From NCBI GenBank assembly GCA_965112155.1, contig OZ218106.1: a stretch of DNA of 64,000 nucleotides. One strand, written 5' to 3'. Position numbers and translations under genes: made by a program. This document shows positions 35,679 through 48,805 of the stretch, piece after piece (the stretch's first letter is position 1; each line of letters starts with the position of its first letter). The notes below the pieces were generated by a model. That model saw only the letters and a list, made by a program, of their open reading frames with translations, was not told the DNA's origin and did no database searches. This stretch comes from Podarcis liolepis (Eukaryota).

Positions 35679-36538
35679 TGATGTCTGTGTGGAAACATTA
35701 TTTTACAACTATGTTTCAGTTGATTAGATAAGTATGCAGATTTCACTAATTTTAAGAATACTGTATTATACAATTCCACAACTGTACATTAATCAGAATG
35801 AACTGTTCCAGTTCAGTTCCCCAACTCCCAAATAACATGTATCTAAATTTCTCTTTTCTATCTCACTTTCACATAGTCACTTTCTTCCTATACAATTAAG
35901 ATCCAGATTTTGAACTTATAGTGTGTTCTGTTGCAATTGTTCATTCCATATCTGACAAATTAATAAAAACATATAGTTAACAGGGGTGACTGCCCTTCTA
36001 CAAAATTCAACAACAAGAATTGTATTAAATCTGGTTATAATGAATTATTTGGGAATTCCTCAACATTGCTATATAATGACCAGTTTGTTTACACATCCCA
36101 AAATGTTTTCTAGTTTACAAACACAAGCAATCTTGTGGAATAAAGTAGCTCCTCTGTGATACATTTTAGAGGGTATGTATGAGAAGACACATGGTTTGAG
36201 AAGCACTGGACTATCTGATGTGGTGGACTGGCATTTCCCCCAACCCCAATATGCCAGGGACTAGTATCATATTTGGTCCCTGAAGTGTCCCATCCAGCCA
36301 GGGTGGCAATGGAGTTGTGGATCGGCAACCAACGCCTTCTGAACCATCACTGGTCCATGGACCACCACTTTGAGTAGCAATGACATAGCCTATTGCCTTG
36401 CACAAGTAATCTTGCACAATTCTTTGGGCTACAAAACTTTTTTGAAAAAGCACCTTGGGCTCACTACACATCAGAATGTTGAGATCTTAACTTCAATATT
36501 TTTAAAGAGAGAGCAGCTAAAAAGAGTCTGCTAAGAGC

Positions 36539-37217
36539 TGTAAAGGGTGAATTTGGTGTGTATCGTCCCTCACCAGACCAGAAACAAACAAGCATAACCC
36601 CTTGCAAGGTTGTTGTCCTGCTTTTACTTTGAGATTAGAATGGTACACAAGTGACAAGTTGCAAGGATCAGAAGTTACATGAGAAGTCAAAGGGATTGCT
36701 AGGCAAGAGCCAAGACATTGAAGCAACAAGCAACAAGCTCCCTACACTTTCCTTTTAAATAAAGGAATGCCCACTGCACATCATTTATCATGGCAAGCAA
36801 ATGGGCATTCCTCCTCATGGGCTGGCTAGCTGAGGTTTGTGCACACTGATGTCCCTGTGTTCTATGTGACAGAGATGAGGAAGGTGCCAGCTTGGCACCA
36901 TATTTACTCCTAGCTCCCTTCCCTGAAGGGGGAGGCACTGGAAGGCATTCCTCAGCAGCAAAAGCTAAGGAGGTGCCTGTCCCAGTGGTAACAGGAGGGA
37001 CTTTTGAGAGTTTCCATGAGCAGCTCTCAAAGGGCAGCTCTCAACCCCCTAACCAATTGGGATCCTCTGCTGGATCAGATGTCTCTTGGGATTCAGAATC
37101 TATGACCACCACTCTACTTGGACCCTCTCCAGCGTCCTCTAGCTTTCACTCCTCAAGCTCCTCCCACCCTTCAGGGTCAGACCACACTCTCCATCATACC
37201 TCCACAAACTCCTGACA
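36539..37217 (-). mobile_element. Probable solo LTR
   Basis: On the - strand it begins TGTCAGG and ends CCCTTTACA, with a TATA-like TTTATTTAAAA (about 36753-36763) and AGTAAA (about 36623). No intact TSD seen. Confidence 0.4.
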
Positions 37218-37541
37218 AACTCACGACAGTTGGGTACTTCTGGAAGCAATGAAGGGATTACTGATAAAAAACTCTAATGACAAAACATTTAGCATCAAAT
37301 TTCAATGGCAATTTCCTGCATAAGTTTGAATCCTAAGTACAGTGCAGAATTGTGTATGTAAAACTGTGAAAAGAAAACTGCCCAGAATTAAACAAGAGTG
37401 GGATTGACTGAATCTTGCATTTTGTGACAGCCTCTGAGTCACTGTTTTCAGAAAGGTGTGGGGAATGATTTCTGTTTTCCTCTGACGTCACTGTTTACGA
37501 TCTCCATCCAGAAAATCTCACAGAGATGTGTGTATGTGTGT

Positions 37542-37544
<3 letters not shown>

Positions 37545-37583
<39 letters not shown>
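37545..37583. repeat. (CA)n microsatellite
   Basis: Direct read. Confidence 0.93.
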
Positions 37584-37586
<3 letters not shown>

Positions 37587-38933
37587 AATTGTAACTCAGG
37601 ATAAAAATTCATAAAGTCAGTGCTTTTTTTCTAAAAGAAAATGTTTAGGGGTACTCTCAATTTGACTCAAGAAAATCACCATTTTATAGTTCAAATTTGG
37701 AAAAATAAATACAGTAAATGGACAAAAGTTCAAAGATTTACAAAATGTTTAGAGCTATGCGTACCCCTGCGTCGTCGTCCCCCCGTCCCCCCCCCCCCGA
37801 AAAAAGCACTGCATAAAGTCCATCTGAAGTCCACAAAAGCCCACAAAAGGCTTTAGGTTTCTACAAGGCTTTGTTGTCTTGTCTTGCTTGAATAAACCAC
37901 AATCTAAACTAATTGCAGGTCTATGTAGCAAGTGGTGATTAGTTTATGGAAGCTGAAAGTTTTGATCTCTTCCTCTGGCACATGCTGGAAGGTAGGGGGA
38001 GTACAACTTAAGTAGCTTTGTTCACATCAGCAGGTACCTTCTATGCCAACTTTTAAACACCTGCTGAAAACTTTTCTATTTTGCCAGGAATAGCCTAGAC
38101 AAGCAATTGAGGGTACATCCCCAAAAATGGTCTACTGATGCTTGTTGTTAATTTCTTTTTGCTTTTAATTTGCTTTTAACTTTTTATTATGTTAATGTTA
38201 AATTTTATGTTTTTATATTGTTGTAAACTGCTGTGATATATTTTTACAATACTCCAGTATATAAATATTTTTATAAATAAATAATAACACAATTGTTCCC
38301 TCTACTAAAAACATAGTAAGATGGAGGGGGGGGAGAGATAAAATTCACACATTTCCTGATATTCCAATAGCTTTCTCACTCTTAAAAAATACATACTACT
38401 TTAAAATAGATCAAATTTCCAAGCCAGCAACAAGCACAGTGGATACATTAAAAAACCAGATGACTTGCCATCTCAGCAACAGAAGTTGACAAAATGCCAC
38501 ACACACAAAAACCAGCAGATAATTTGTTCTCAACAGTTTTGCCATTTGGGTACATATCTTCTTAATCAGGTGCCTAAAGATGACCTATTCTCTGGGAAGT
38601 ATGTTTGAAGTCAAGAGAGAGATGCTTACAGCTAGCACATGTTCACATTACTGTTTTTTCCACATGCATCTTTTAATGTAAGTCACTTTCCGTTACTTTG
38701 AAAGAGAAACAACTAAAATAACATAAATCTGATAGTATATGTTATAATATTATAATAACAGTGCATTCGAACTGCTAGTTTTTGAAGCTGCATTCACACA
38801 TTCACCACAATTTATATCAATCCTGTAGTTTATTAATGAATAATGTTGTTTAATATGTTTTATCTCAAACCAGCTTTAATCCAGCTAGAAAACTGAATGA
38901 GAAGCAAGCAGTAAAGTGAAATACTCTAGCAGC

Positions 38934-39023
38934 CATAGCTATCAACGTTCCCCTTTTTAAAAGGGAAATTCCCTTATTCCGAATAGGATTCCTCGCAAGA
39001 AAAGGGAAAAGTTGACAGCTATG
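38934..39023. mobile_element. 90-bp hAT MITE with perfect 8-bp TSD
   Basis: TIRs CATAGCTATCAAC / GTTGACAGCTATG. TSD ctagcagc at 38926-38933 and 39024-39031. Confidence 0.9.
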
Positions 39024-40989
39024 CTAGCAGCTGTCACACATGTACAGGTGACAGCTTAATGTGAGTTCTGAGGGAGTTGCAACAGCTAGGGAACCCAAAA
39101 CATCAACCATGTTGGGTGAAAACATATCTGCCCCATCTCTGATGTGACCACCACCACCACGCAAATGTGGCCTGAAATGTAGTGTGGAGGAAATTACCTC
39201 ACTGTGTTCTAAGCTGCTAATTTGAACATACAGTAATGTATTTTGAGGTATACTTTTGGCCCCAGTTTGAGTGTCAATTATTCAGTTTGGGGGCAGCACA
39301 AAAAGTAGAACCGGTGGCACAAAACTAGCACAAAACTTTGGCATCTGTTTGGAGGGGGCCCAAAATTTTGGGGTCACATGTTAATGAAGCTCTAGCCTGA
39401 CTGGAGTTGTAAGGCCAGGAAGACTGAAGCAACAAAGGATGATTCTTTGAAGGCATGCTTAATTTTTAATGGACTGCTTGCATGGATAATTAGCTGAGGA
39501 GATAGTTATGGCTACACTTTATTTGTGCAAAATCTGCTCCTAAAGAGGAAATAGCAATTTTAAAAACATGTGCTTCCAAACGCTACTCAGAAAGAAACTT
39601 GGAGAAGGTGGCTTCTATGCTGGAATCTTAGCATGTGATATGCACAGAGTAAGCCCCATTGAACTCAGACTGACTTTTTTTTTTTTAGTATACTTGAATA
39701 CGATCAGACTATCAGTAGGCAGGTAAAGATTTGAATACAAGAGCCTATTGGACTCCTTAGCCTGAGGGACAACTTCACATACTGCTGGAAAAGCATGCGG
39801 TGTTCCTTTTTCTTCCTCTACCGTTAGTCTGAGTCTTAGCAAGAAATGATCCCTGCAGCTGGGACTCAGAGTGGTTATTAACCCATATCCTGGATTCTTC
39901 TGAAGTGTGACTGAGCGATCAAATTTTGTCAATATATCATACAAGACAAGATGTTTTCCTCTCCCCCTTTCCTGAGCAATACCCTCAAAGGGAAAAGAAC
40001 TGAAGTTATCAAGCTCCATACTGTTTACACTACACAAGATCTGTTGAAGCAGAAGAGATACAAATCAGATGCCTTTTATGGCTTCAGGTTGCCCCAAGTA
40101 ATGCAAAGCCCAAGGTGAGTCCCTCAAGGTCAGACACAACTGTTATCTCAGTAAGTGTAATTAGCATTTGTGGGAACAACATCAAATTATTCATGACTAG
40201 TTTTTGAAGACTAAATCCCTTTTTGTAACTCACATAGGCTTCAGTTTGCATAAGCCATTAAATTCCACTAAGAAATCACACACTCTATAGAGGAAATAGA
40301 GTAAAAGTAATATTAACGTTTGCTTGGAAATACAGGCAACTTCCCGTTTATGCATGGGTTGCGTTTAGAGGCACCATGCACATCAGCGGGACGCACACAA
40401 GCGCCCTTGCTGTGCAGAAAATGGCACACATGTCAGCAGTCACACAAATACTGAATGTGCACATAGAAACACCTAGGTGTTCAGTGACTAAAATATAGTG
40501 TTAGATGTCAGCCTGTTGATGATGCATCATTCCAACACTGCAAATTATATCACCCAATAGTTTCATATGGATGTCAAACAAAATCAGAACCAACACCAAT
40601 CCACTTGGGACTGAGCAACAAAATGTCTAGAGGGCTAAGGTAGCATCCCTAGTAACCACATTCTGCATTTAACAGACACAAAAGATTTGAACCACTGGAG
40701 AAAAACACTCATTACCCCATTTAAGAACTGAAGCCATGGCAAAACAGCATAATTAGCAGCATCTGCAACACCAAAAGCTGCTGAGCATTTGACTACTATC
40801 AACACTCCTGCACTGCCTCAAGATGAAGATACTCTCCTACTGCAATCACATACTCCCAGTGCTTCTCCAGGAAAAGGGAAGCTAGATGCAGACAAGCCTA
40901 AAGGTAGTTAAATCATCACTGCATACTTATATATTTATTATTTTACTTCCTGTGTTTAAGAGATGCCTTGTAAATTAAATTATCTAGGC

Positions 40990-41156
40990 CAGTGGTTCCA
41001 AATTGGTGGTCCATGTAACCCACCTAGGGGATCTGTGGCACCATTTATATAACAAAAGCTACCATAGAAATTTCAAAATTTTCAAAAATATGGGGTCCAT
41101 GGCTTCGCTTTTTAAAAACAGGGCATCCACAGTACTTAGCTATTTGGGAACCACTG
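40990..41156. mobile_element. hAT (Charlie-type) MITE
   Basis: TIRs CAGTGGTTCC / GGAACCACTG. TSD atctaggc/atctagac (7/8 match, NTCTAGAN-type target). Confidence 0.85.
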
Positions 41157-43571
41157 ATCTAGACATTATTCATAATAAACATAAACAGTTAAACTGTACT
41201 GCCTGAGACACAAACCTGCATAAAAACCAAATACAAATAATGATGACTTCTTGAGAAAGTGACAAACCACTACCTTCTTAAGGACTAATAGATCACTCTC
41301 CTGCTCTCTAGGGAGACATTACACAATCTATTGGTTGTTCCTAACTGACTTTAATATCCATGAGAATCAAGGTATGTGGTGTGGCCTCCACAGTATCAGG
41401 CAACCAGTACCCGTAACAGAATTGTTGTGTTCAAGTCACAGCATAGAACTAAGAAAGAACAGAGATCATCACTGGCTCACCTTTCGGTAGAGAACATTAT
41501 TGGCACAGAAGACCCTTCACTAACCAGAAGAAACCCATTGGATGTGATTCAGGTGATATAATTGTGGCCAAAAAGGAAGGTTTCATTGATGACATCACTC
41601 AACTCATGGGCCTGCAAACAGACTCCACTGCATGCTCCATCCGATTCAGCCAGTCTTTCAACAGCACTGCTCAGGAAGTTTAATTTTACACTACTCCTCA
41701 CTAAACCAAATGGCCAAGTTGACCCAAGTGGATCAGTCTCCAGTGGTGGACCATCTCCATAAGTTCCCCATCAATCTGAAGATGTGGAAGACTGTTTTAC
41801 ACAGGAAGACAGTAATCACCAGAACCAGTCATGACAATGTGTTGCTATCAATATATGCATAATATTTTAGGTTTAACTTTTCATCTGCATTGGTAGAGGA
41901 AGATACTAAAAACAAGACAGGGATGAGAAAAGTTAGAACACACATTTTTCCTTATGGTCCAACTGTGTGAGGCAGTGAGGACAAAGAACTCTCAAATATT
42001 TTTTCTTTCAGAATGAAAGTATAGCTATTTTCAGAGGGGTAGCTTTGTTACTGTGCTAAAGCAAAAGAATAACAAAGACATGAGCTTCTGTAGGAGAGAG
42101 CCACTTTTTCATCATTACTGATGATTTAGAGTAAAATTTCAAAGTGTCTTGTGGTACCCTAAAGACTAACAAACGTGTGGATTAAAGTCTACTTCATCAG
42201 ATGCATGTTATACCAGCTTGGAAGGTACACAGCTGTAGGGGGGGGGGCGGAAATAATGTAATTACATAAATGCATTATGTGGATGTTCCATTTTTGTTTT
42301 TCTCTTTGAAAAAAGAGGTTTTTTTTCATTTCTGCTCAACAGTCCTGAGCCAAAAAGAATGTGACCTTCCTTTTTGTTTACCACAGTAATGAGTGTGTCT
42401 ATTTGCACATTTTATTTTTTCCTATTTGTCAGCTGGCAAAAGACATGCATTTTTGCTCCGAAGTAACTACCACCATGCTCAACAGGACTTACTCTCATGT
42501 AAATGTGCAGAGATTACAGGCCAAGCAGGGCTTGTTGCTGAATAAATATACATAGGCTTGGGGCTGTTAGGAGGCATCCTTGTGCAGGTCTATTTCAAAC
42601 ACTGAGTATATTTGTAACTAAGTGTTCAAATAAAACAAACGTTTTATACATGCAGTATTTAAAGGATTTTATATCCCTTTGAAACCACTGGGATTTAAAG
42701 GGGCTAAACTGGATTGCACTGTACCACCAAAAAGTATACTTTATTCCATAAATACAACAAACCAGATATTTCAAGGTAGTATTTTACATGGCAACTACTA
42801 TATAAAATATGAACAATGAATTTCATTTCCTTGAGATAAGAAACAGAGGGTTTGATACTACCACATAGAAAGTTTTTTCTACAAAAAAATAACAAGTTTA
42901 TTCACTCATTCAAAATCTCCAGAAATTTCACATCTCTGACAAAGACAATGTAAATGAAATAACAAAGAGTAAATTAAAATTAAGTCCATAGTCCATATAC
43001 ACATCATTATGACTTCTCCCCAAGAATGACTAGCTGACAAACTGGCTACAATTATCATGCAAAAAAGCAAAAAAAATGACATTGAGGTTTATATAAAACC
43101 GATAGAAATAACATTGCCTCCCCTTGCTTTAGATTCATTTTCCCCAAAAGACAGTTAAGTACAGTAGCTTGTTTTTTGAAGACAGTGGGACTTTAGCTCT
43201 TTTGTTAAGTCAAATCATTTTTATTAGCTATATACCTTATCTTTTGTTAAAAACGTGAAAGCAGCATGTACCCTGCACGTACAAGGTCAAACTTAACCAC
43301 GCAGAAACTTTAAAGACACACACAGAGAAAGAGAGAGTGTGTGTGTACTGCCTGTTGACTATAGATATTTGGTTCTGGTTTTATATATAAAGTTAAGGCC
43401 CATTGCAGTCTTCTGTTTTTCATTTCTAAATGCAGGGTATTCAAATTAATAACTATTGTTTTTATTCCTACAGATAGACTGGTGGTTCGGGAATCAAAGG
43501 TAGCTTGTACCAGTGGCACCTGTACTGCTCCCTTTTTGTTGTTGTTTAATTTTTAGCAAAATAAGAGTTAT

Positions 43572-43699
43572 CAGACTCCTGTACCTCCAACAGCTGCAGA
43601 GCAGAGATAATTTCAGCAGTGCAGCATCTCTCATCCCTGCAAGTTACATCTGCTGAAATCTCCCCCTTCTACACAGCTGTTAAAGTTGCAGGAGCCCTG
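43572..43699. mobile_element. Palindromic MITE (acagctgttaaag family), copy 1
   Basis: Arms ctcctgtacctccaacagctg / cagctgttaaagttgcaggagccctg. Related copies at about 50369 and 51909. Confidence 0.6.
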
Positions 43700-43999
43700 C
43701 TATTCTCATTTGCACCTGATCATCCTAGAGAAAAAGAAAGACATATGCAATAAATAATGTAAACTGGGTCTCATATTACAGGTTGGGATTAAAGGTCGGT
43801 CTTGGGTATGCCAAGACTGAAGAATACTGCCACAATGATATACCAATGTAATAAAGATGTATTTCAAGACAATTGCAAAACTGTATGGATATAACACAAG
43901 GAGAATTGCATTTCAGTGTCAGACACTGTCTGATGATTACTTTAATATTCAGAAAATTGTACAGTATCTATAGACACACTGCTTGATTTTTTTATTTTT

Positions 44000-45140
44000 T
44001 AAAAAAAACCCTCCAAGAGGTTCACAAAAGAACATTAAATTTGTTTGCAAAAAAAGTTACAAACAAGTATATAAAACATTCAAAAGATGAATTAAAATCA
44101 ACAATGGCTAAATAGATAAAATGTGTATGTCTGATTAGGCTTCCCTAAACAAATATGTTTTAAGCAGGTGCCAAAAAGAGTATAGAAAAGGCACCTGATG
44201 TCCATAAGCAAAGAGTTCCAAATGTAGGTGCGGCCACACTAAAATATCCAAGTGTGGAACAGGTATTGCATGGCACCTTTAACATTGCCAGTTCTGCGTA
44301 TCATAGTGGTTCAGTGAACATATATAGAGTAAGGCAATCCTAATAGTAACACCTTGAACTTAGCAACAGGTAACCAGCACAGATTTATAAGCAGAGGTGT
44401 TATATGCTGTCAGGGTCTCACTCCTGTCCACAACAATGCTGTAGCACTTCCCACTAACTGCAGATCAAGCACAAGGGAAGCTCCAAATAGCCTTCACTGC
44501 AGTAATCCAATCTTGAAGTCACCAATGCCTGAACTACTGTGGTCAAGCTCTCCCAGTCCAGTTGCACCAGCTGCAACTGGTAAAGGGTGTTTCTAATCAT
44601 GGAGGCTACCTATGCCTCCAGTGACAAAACTGGATCCAGAAATACCCCCAAACTGTATCTGCTCCCTCAGGGGGAATGCAACGCTGTCAAGGGCAGATTT
44701 CTCAGACACAGGAGCCACTCAACCAATACCTCTGCCTTGCTCGGATTCAAGCTCTATTTATTTCCCCTCATACTTTCCACCACTGCATCCAGGCACCAGT
44801 CCAGGGCCCACACAGCCTTTCTTGATTCAGGTGTTATAGAGAAACAGAGATTAGTATTATCAACATACTGATGGTACCTTGGCCAAAAACTCCAATGGCC
44901 ACTTGCAGCAGGTTCATGCAGAGATTAAGCAGTGCTGGAGACAGAATAGTGTCCTGTGGCACCTCATAGTGTAACTTTCAAGTGGCTGAAAAGCACTCTC
45001 CCAGTACGTCCCGAAAGTTGGACCAGAATCACTGTAATACTGTACAGTGTCGCTGCCAACCCCCAGTTCCTATTCCACAGAGCCAGTCCAACAGGGTACC
45101 ATGGCCAATGGTATCAAAAGCCACAGAGATCAGGAAGCAG
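44000..45140 (-). mobile_element. Degenerate L2-clade LINE, RT region to 3' end
   Basis: The minus strand retains decayed RT motifs DLSVAFDTIGH..LL, VPQDTILSPALLN and YHQYVDNT (cf. YADD), with frameshifts and stops. Confidence 0.75.
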
Positions 45141-47386
45141 GAGAAAGATAGAACTCTTGTCCTGCTCTCTGTTAAAGGTCATCATATGTACATGCACACA
45201 CCTACTACCAGTTGCGGTTGGGATGAAAAAGTAATCATTTTAACTAGTATCTATGGAAGCAAGAGTGGGGCTCTTTTCCCTGTGGGCAAACTTGCATGGG
45301 TGGGGGTGGGGAATGGCTAGCATAACAGATGCGACCCTTACACTAAGCTGCATTCAAGCTGCACAAAAGTCAGTGGTTTCTATGAAATTTTCTCTCCAAC
45401 CCCGTCTAAACAAGCAAAAAGCTTCCTCACAGTTCAAGGACACATTCCAATCAAGTAAAGCAATTGGGGAGGTCGAATAGCAGGGCCAGTCAGAGGCATG
45501 ACCTAGGGAGAGTCCCAAGGACTGGAGAGAGATGGCTCCCACAGACAGAAGGGTCCCACTCCTGTACCAAAGCTGGGCTGTATTCAAGTTCCATTGATTT
45601 CAATAAGAATTATACCATGACTAAATGCTTTCGTTGGGACCCAAGTGTAAGTCTGGATCCAACACTCAATTTATGGTTAATTTCTGCTCAAGGTATACAG
45701 ATAATGTGCATTATGGTTTGTTTTAACTAATAATAATATTTTTTTTAAAAAAACAGCATATACTGATAAAAACACAAGAGCAACAGAAAAAGATGCAAAC
45801 AAGTGAATTACATGAACAAGGACAAGAAAATTGGTCTTAAAGTTTCTTTAAAAATTGCTCTAATTGCTTGATAAATCAGCCTCAGCAATACAATTTTATA
45901 CACATGCTAACACATGATTTTGCAGAATATCCTTAAGTGACAGATGCATTTTCTTCCATCCAAATATTCCAGTAGCACTTGAAAAATTAAAATAATAGAG
46001 ATCAATGTCATTGATCTCTATTGTCAACATCACAATTACAACCGTCATGAAATTTAACACTAAGTATTTGTATGTCTATATGCTATAGCTGATACTGTAC
46101 ATCTCTTGCACAGCCTGCATGCTAAACTACTAATAATTACTTTGAAATTCAAGTCTCTTATCATCTTACATCTATTTCAAAAAATTTCTTTCCATCCTCT
46201 TTAAAATATAATTTAAATCTACAATAAGGAGGTCCACTTTCATTATGATCTCTTCGTCTCAATCCTTTACAATTTACTTCAGCAACATGTGGATAAGAGT
46301 AAGTAATTCCAGGAAACAAGTCCCACAAAATAATGACAGCTGAAAAGAGTTGCAACGGTATGAGGTGCGAATCTCCCACCTCCTTCCAGAAACGAAGGAC
46401 TACCGGTTCCTTTTAGTTATCAGTAGTGCTAGGTGATTTAGAAGAAGTGAGATTTCCCTCTAGGTCCCATGACCACCACCACCAACAACAAAGGCAAGCC
46501 ATCGCTTCATCGAACTACTCGACTAATAAAGAACCTCTATCAAACAGCTAAGAGAACATGTCAGGACATATTTACAACAGCTCCTCCCTTAAAATACCGT
46601 CACGTGCAGAGGCCAGTGCTCCACATCCGTTCTTCGTAGACGTGGAAAATATTTGTAAGCCACGCGGGTACAAGGTTGTTTTTGTTTTGTTTAAGGGGGG
46701 GGGATCTATCTTTCACAGCCACGAAGGAAGGCGCTCTGATAACAGAAGCAGCCTTAACCGACGCTCCACCAAGGATGTGCATATGCAAGTCTTATCCGGG
46801 AAAGGGAGGCAACCTCGACACCAGAAACTGAAAGTAAAGGCTTGCGGGGGAGGGCGGAGAGGCCAGCAGAGCCATCCCAACTGACAGGGGACGCGCGGAT
46901 GGAGCTGCCTCCCTTCCAGGCAGCGGCGGCGGCGATGGCCTCGCTTACCCCACACATCCCCTCCCTTCCTAGAACCATCAACAAAGCCGAGCCAGCACGG
47001 ATGGCGGGGGGTGGGGGGAGGTGGGGTGGGGAGGGGACGACTTTCTTGTACTGTACAGTGTTTTTCAGATACCCTTTTTGCGCTTTGTAGGCAATTCCTT
47101 CCGATGTCTCTCCCCAGCACCACCACGACTCATGTATCCCGCAAATATTCAAATGGATTATTGGGGGGGGGGGGTTGAGGGGAGAGAAGATGGCACTGTT
47201 TCTGCACTCCAGCCCCAGACAGACCCAAAAAAACAAAAACCTGACAGACCAGCTTTCCCTTGGTTTAATCGCACATCCCTCAGAGGATTTCCTTTCCGCG
47301 TTGCCATTCCCCTCCACTTGCACGCAGCATACACAATTGCACAATCGCTCGGCGAGGAAAGGGAGGGGTCCCGCAAGGACTCCGAG

Positions 47387-47396
47387 GGGACTTTCC
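47387..47396 (+). promoter_or_regulatory. NF-kB site GGGACTTTCC
   Basis: Exact canonical kB decamer; motif match only. Confidence 0.45.
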
Positions 47397-47547
47397 AGGG
47401 CCAGTCTATGCCCAGCCTCCCTCCCCTGACCCGTGAAGACTTCCATTTACACACAAACACACTTATATAAGCCGATGGAGGGATGGCACTGACAAGAGCA
47501 GGGTCTCCCCCTCCCCCCGCCCCACGCAACTGAAGGGGGTCCCTTCG

Positions 47548-47557
47548 GGGATTTTCC
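47548..47557 (+). promoter_or_regulatory. NF-kB site GGGATTTTCC
   Basis: Fits GGGRNWYYCC; motif match only. Confidence 0.4.
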
Positions 47558-48032
47558 AGCCTGCGCCCGGCGTCCCTTTGCCCGCCTTGCCCTGTTCATG
47601 CTTCCAGGTCACAAACGTGAAGAGGGGAAAAGACACGGGTGCGAGGACAAGAGACTAATTATCTCCCCTCCCCTCCCCCCAACCAAAAAAACTCCGGTCT
47701 TCCCGATGAGGTCGACCCTAATGATGGGGCGGGGGGGGGGGGAGCGAGAGAGACCTCCGTCCCTCGACTTCCCATCTACGGGCCCATCCGCTCCTCAAGC
47801 GGGGCGGGCGAAGCGAGGGGTCTGTGCCCCTCAGCCGCCGCCGAGGCCGGGTTTCAGCCCCGGAGCTCCCGCTGCCATTTCTCCGCGGGCCGAAAGAGCT
47901 CCGCAACGTCGCCTCCGACGTACAGGAGCGCGTCGGGGGCCGAGGAAGAGCCGAGTGACCCCCAGGGTTCAGCCCTTCGCTTTCCTACCGCCGCCTCCCC
48001 CCCCCCCCGCCAGTGCTTCCCACCCGCCTTAC

Positions 48033-48300
48033 CTTGTTTATGTGTCAAAGGGAAACGTCACGTCGCCGCCGCTCTCCCCTCTCTCAGGCCGAAACAGCGG
48101 CGGGAGGAAAACAGCCGGCAGCAGCGGCGGCAGCAACAGCCAGGAGAAAACCAGCTCGCGAGGAGGCGGAGGGAGAGAGGGAGAGACGAAGAGGGAGGGC
48201 AGCTCGCTCGAAGCAGCAGCAGCGGCAGCAGCAGCCGCCCAACGCCGGGGGAGGAGACACGAGGAGCGGGAGGAGGGATCTGCGCCCGAGAGATACAGCC
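48033..48300 (-). other. ELF2: Probable non-coding first exon of ELF2A (5' boundary approximate)
   Basis: Strong donor CAAG|gtaagg at 48033/48032 in the core of a CpG island, upstream of the ELF2A coding exons. Confidence 0.7.
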
Positions 48301-48805
48301 TCGGCTGCCCGCCCTCCTCCTCCCCGGCGCGAGGGCGGCCCTCGGCCTCCCCTTCTGCACATGCTCGCGCACCTGAGGCGCCTCCGACGAAGGGGCGTGA
48401 GGGGAGCTCGCGCCCGCCCCGTGGCCTGGCTGGCGGCGACCGCCGCTCCTGTATGCACTGTTGTTCTTTTCGCCCAGCAGCAGCAGCAGCAGCAAACTGG
48501 CCCGGCTTGGTAGGCTTTTATGATCCTTCTCTCTGTCTCGCACAAACTGACTGACTGACTAGCTTGCTGCATCCTGAGGAAATGCAGGTTCCATCTAGGG
48601 TGGCCCCCTGTGTGCCCCGTCTAAAATTGCCCAACTGCCCCCCACCCACGGCAGCCTTAAGGGAGAAGATAGCTCTGAGGAACCCGTTTGTTTGCAGTGG
48701 GTGGGATTTAGCGCACGCATGCTTGGGATTATTATTTATTGAATTTATATACCGCCTTTCATCCAAAGATGCCAGGGCGGTTTACTGCAATGAGAACACA
48801 AAATA

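Larger units (their letters stand above)
46750..48720. promoter_or_regulatory. ELF2: CpG island, distal ELF2A promoter
   Basis: High GC/CpG, GC boxes (e.g. CCCGCCCC at about 48413), GCA/GCG trinucleotide runs. Confidence 0.87.

Noticed and set aside
41480-41830. FIDD-containing frame as a reverse transcriptase remnant
   Set aside because: No other RT motifs recognisable; left unassigned.
48033-48045. Shared CATAAACA at the ELF2A exon 1 end and before the ELF2B ATG, suggesting promoter duplication
   Set aside because: Only 8 bp match, with no extended similarity.
47598-48554. 318-aa and 245-aa + strand ORFs over the ELF2A island
   Set aside because: Same GC-rich artefact; several frames are open at once.
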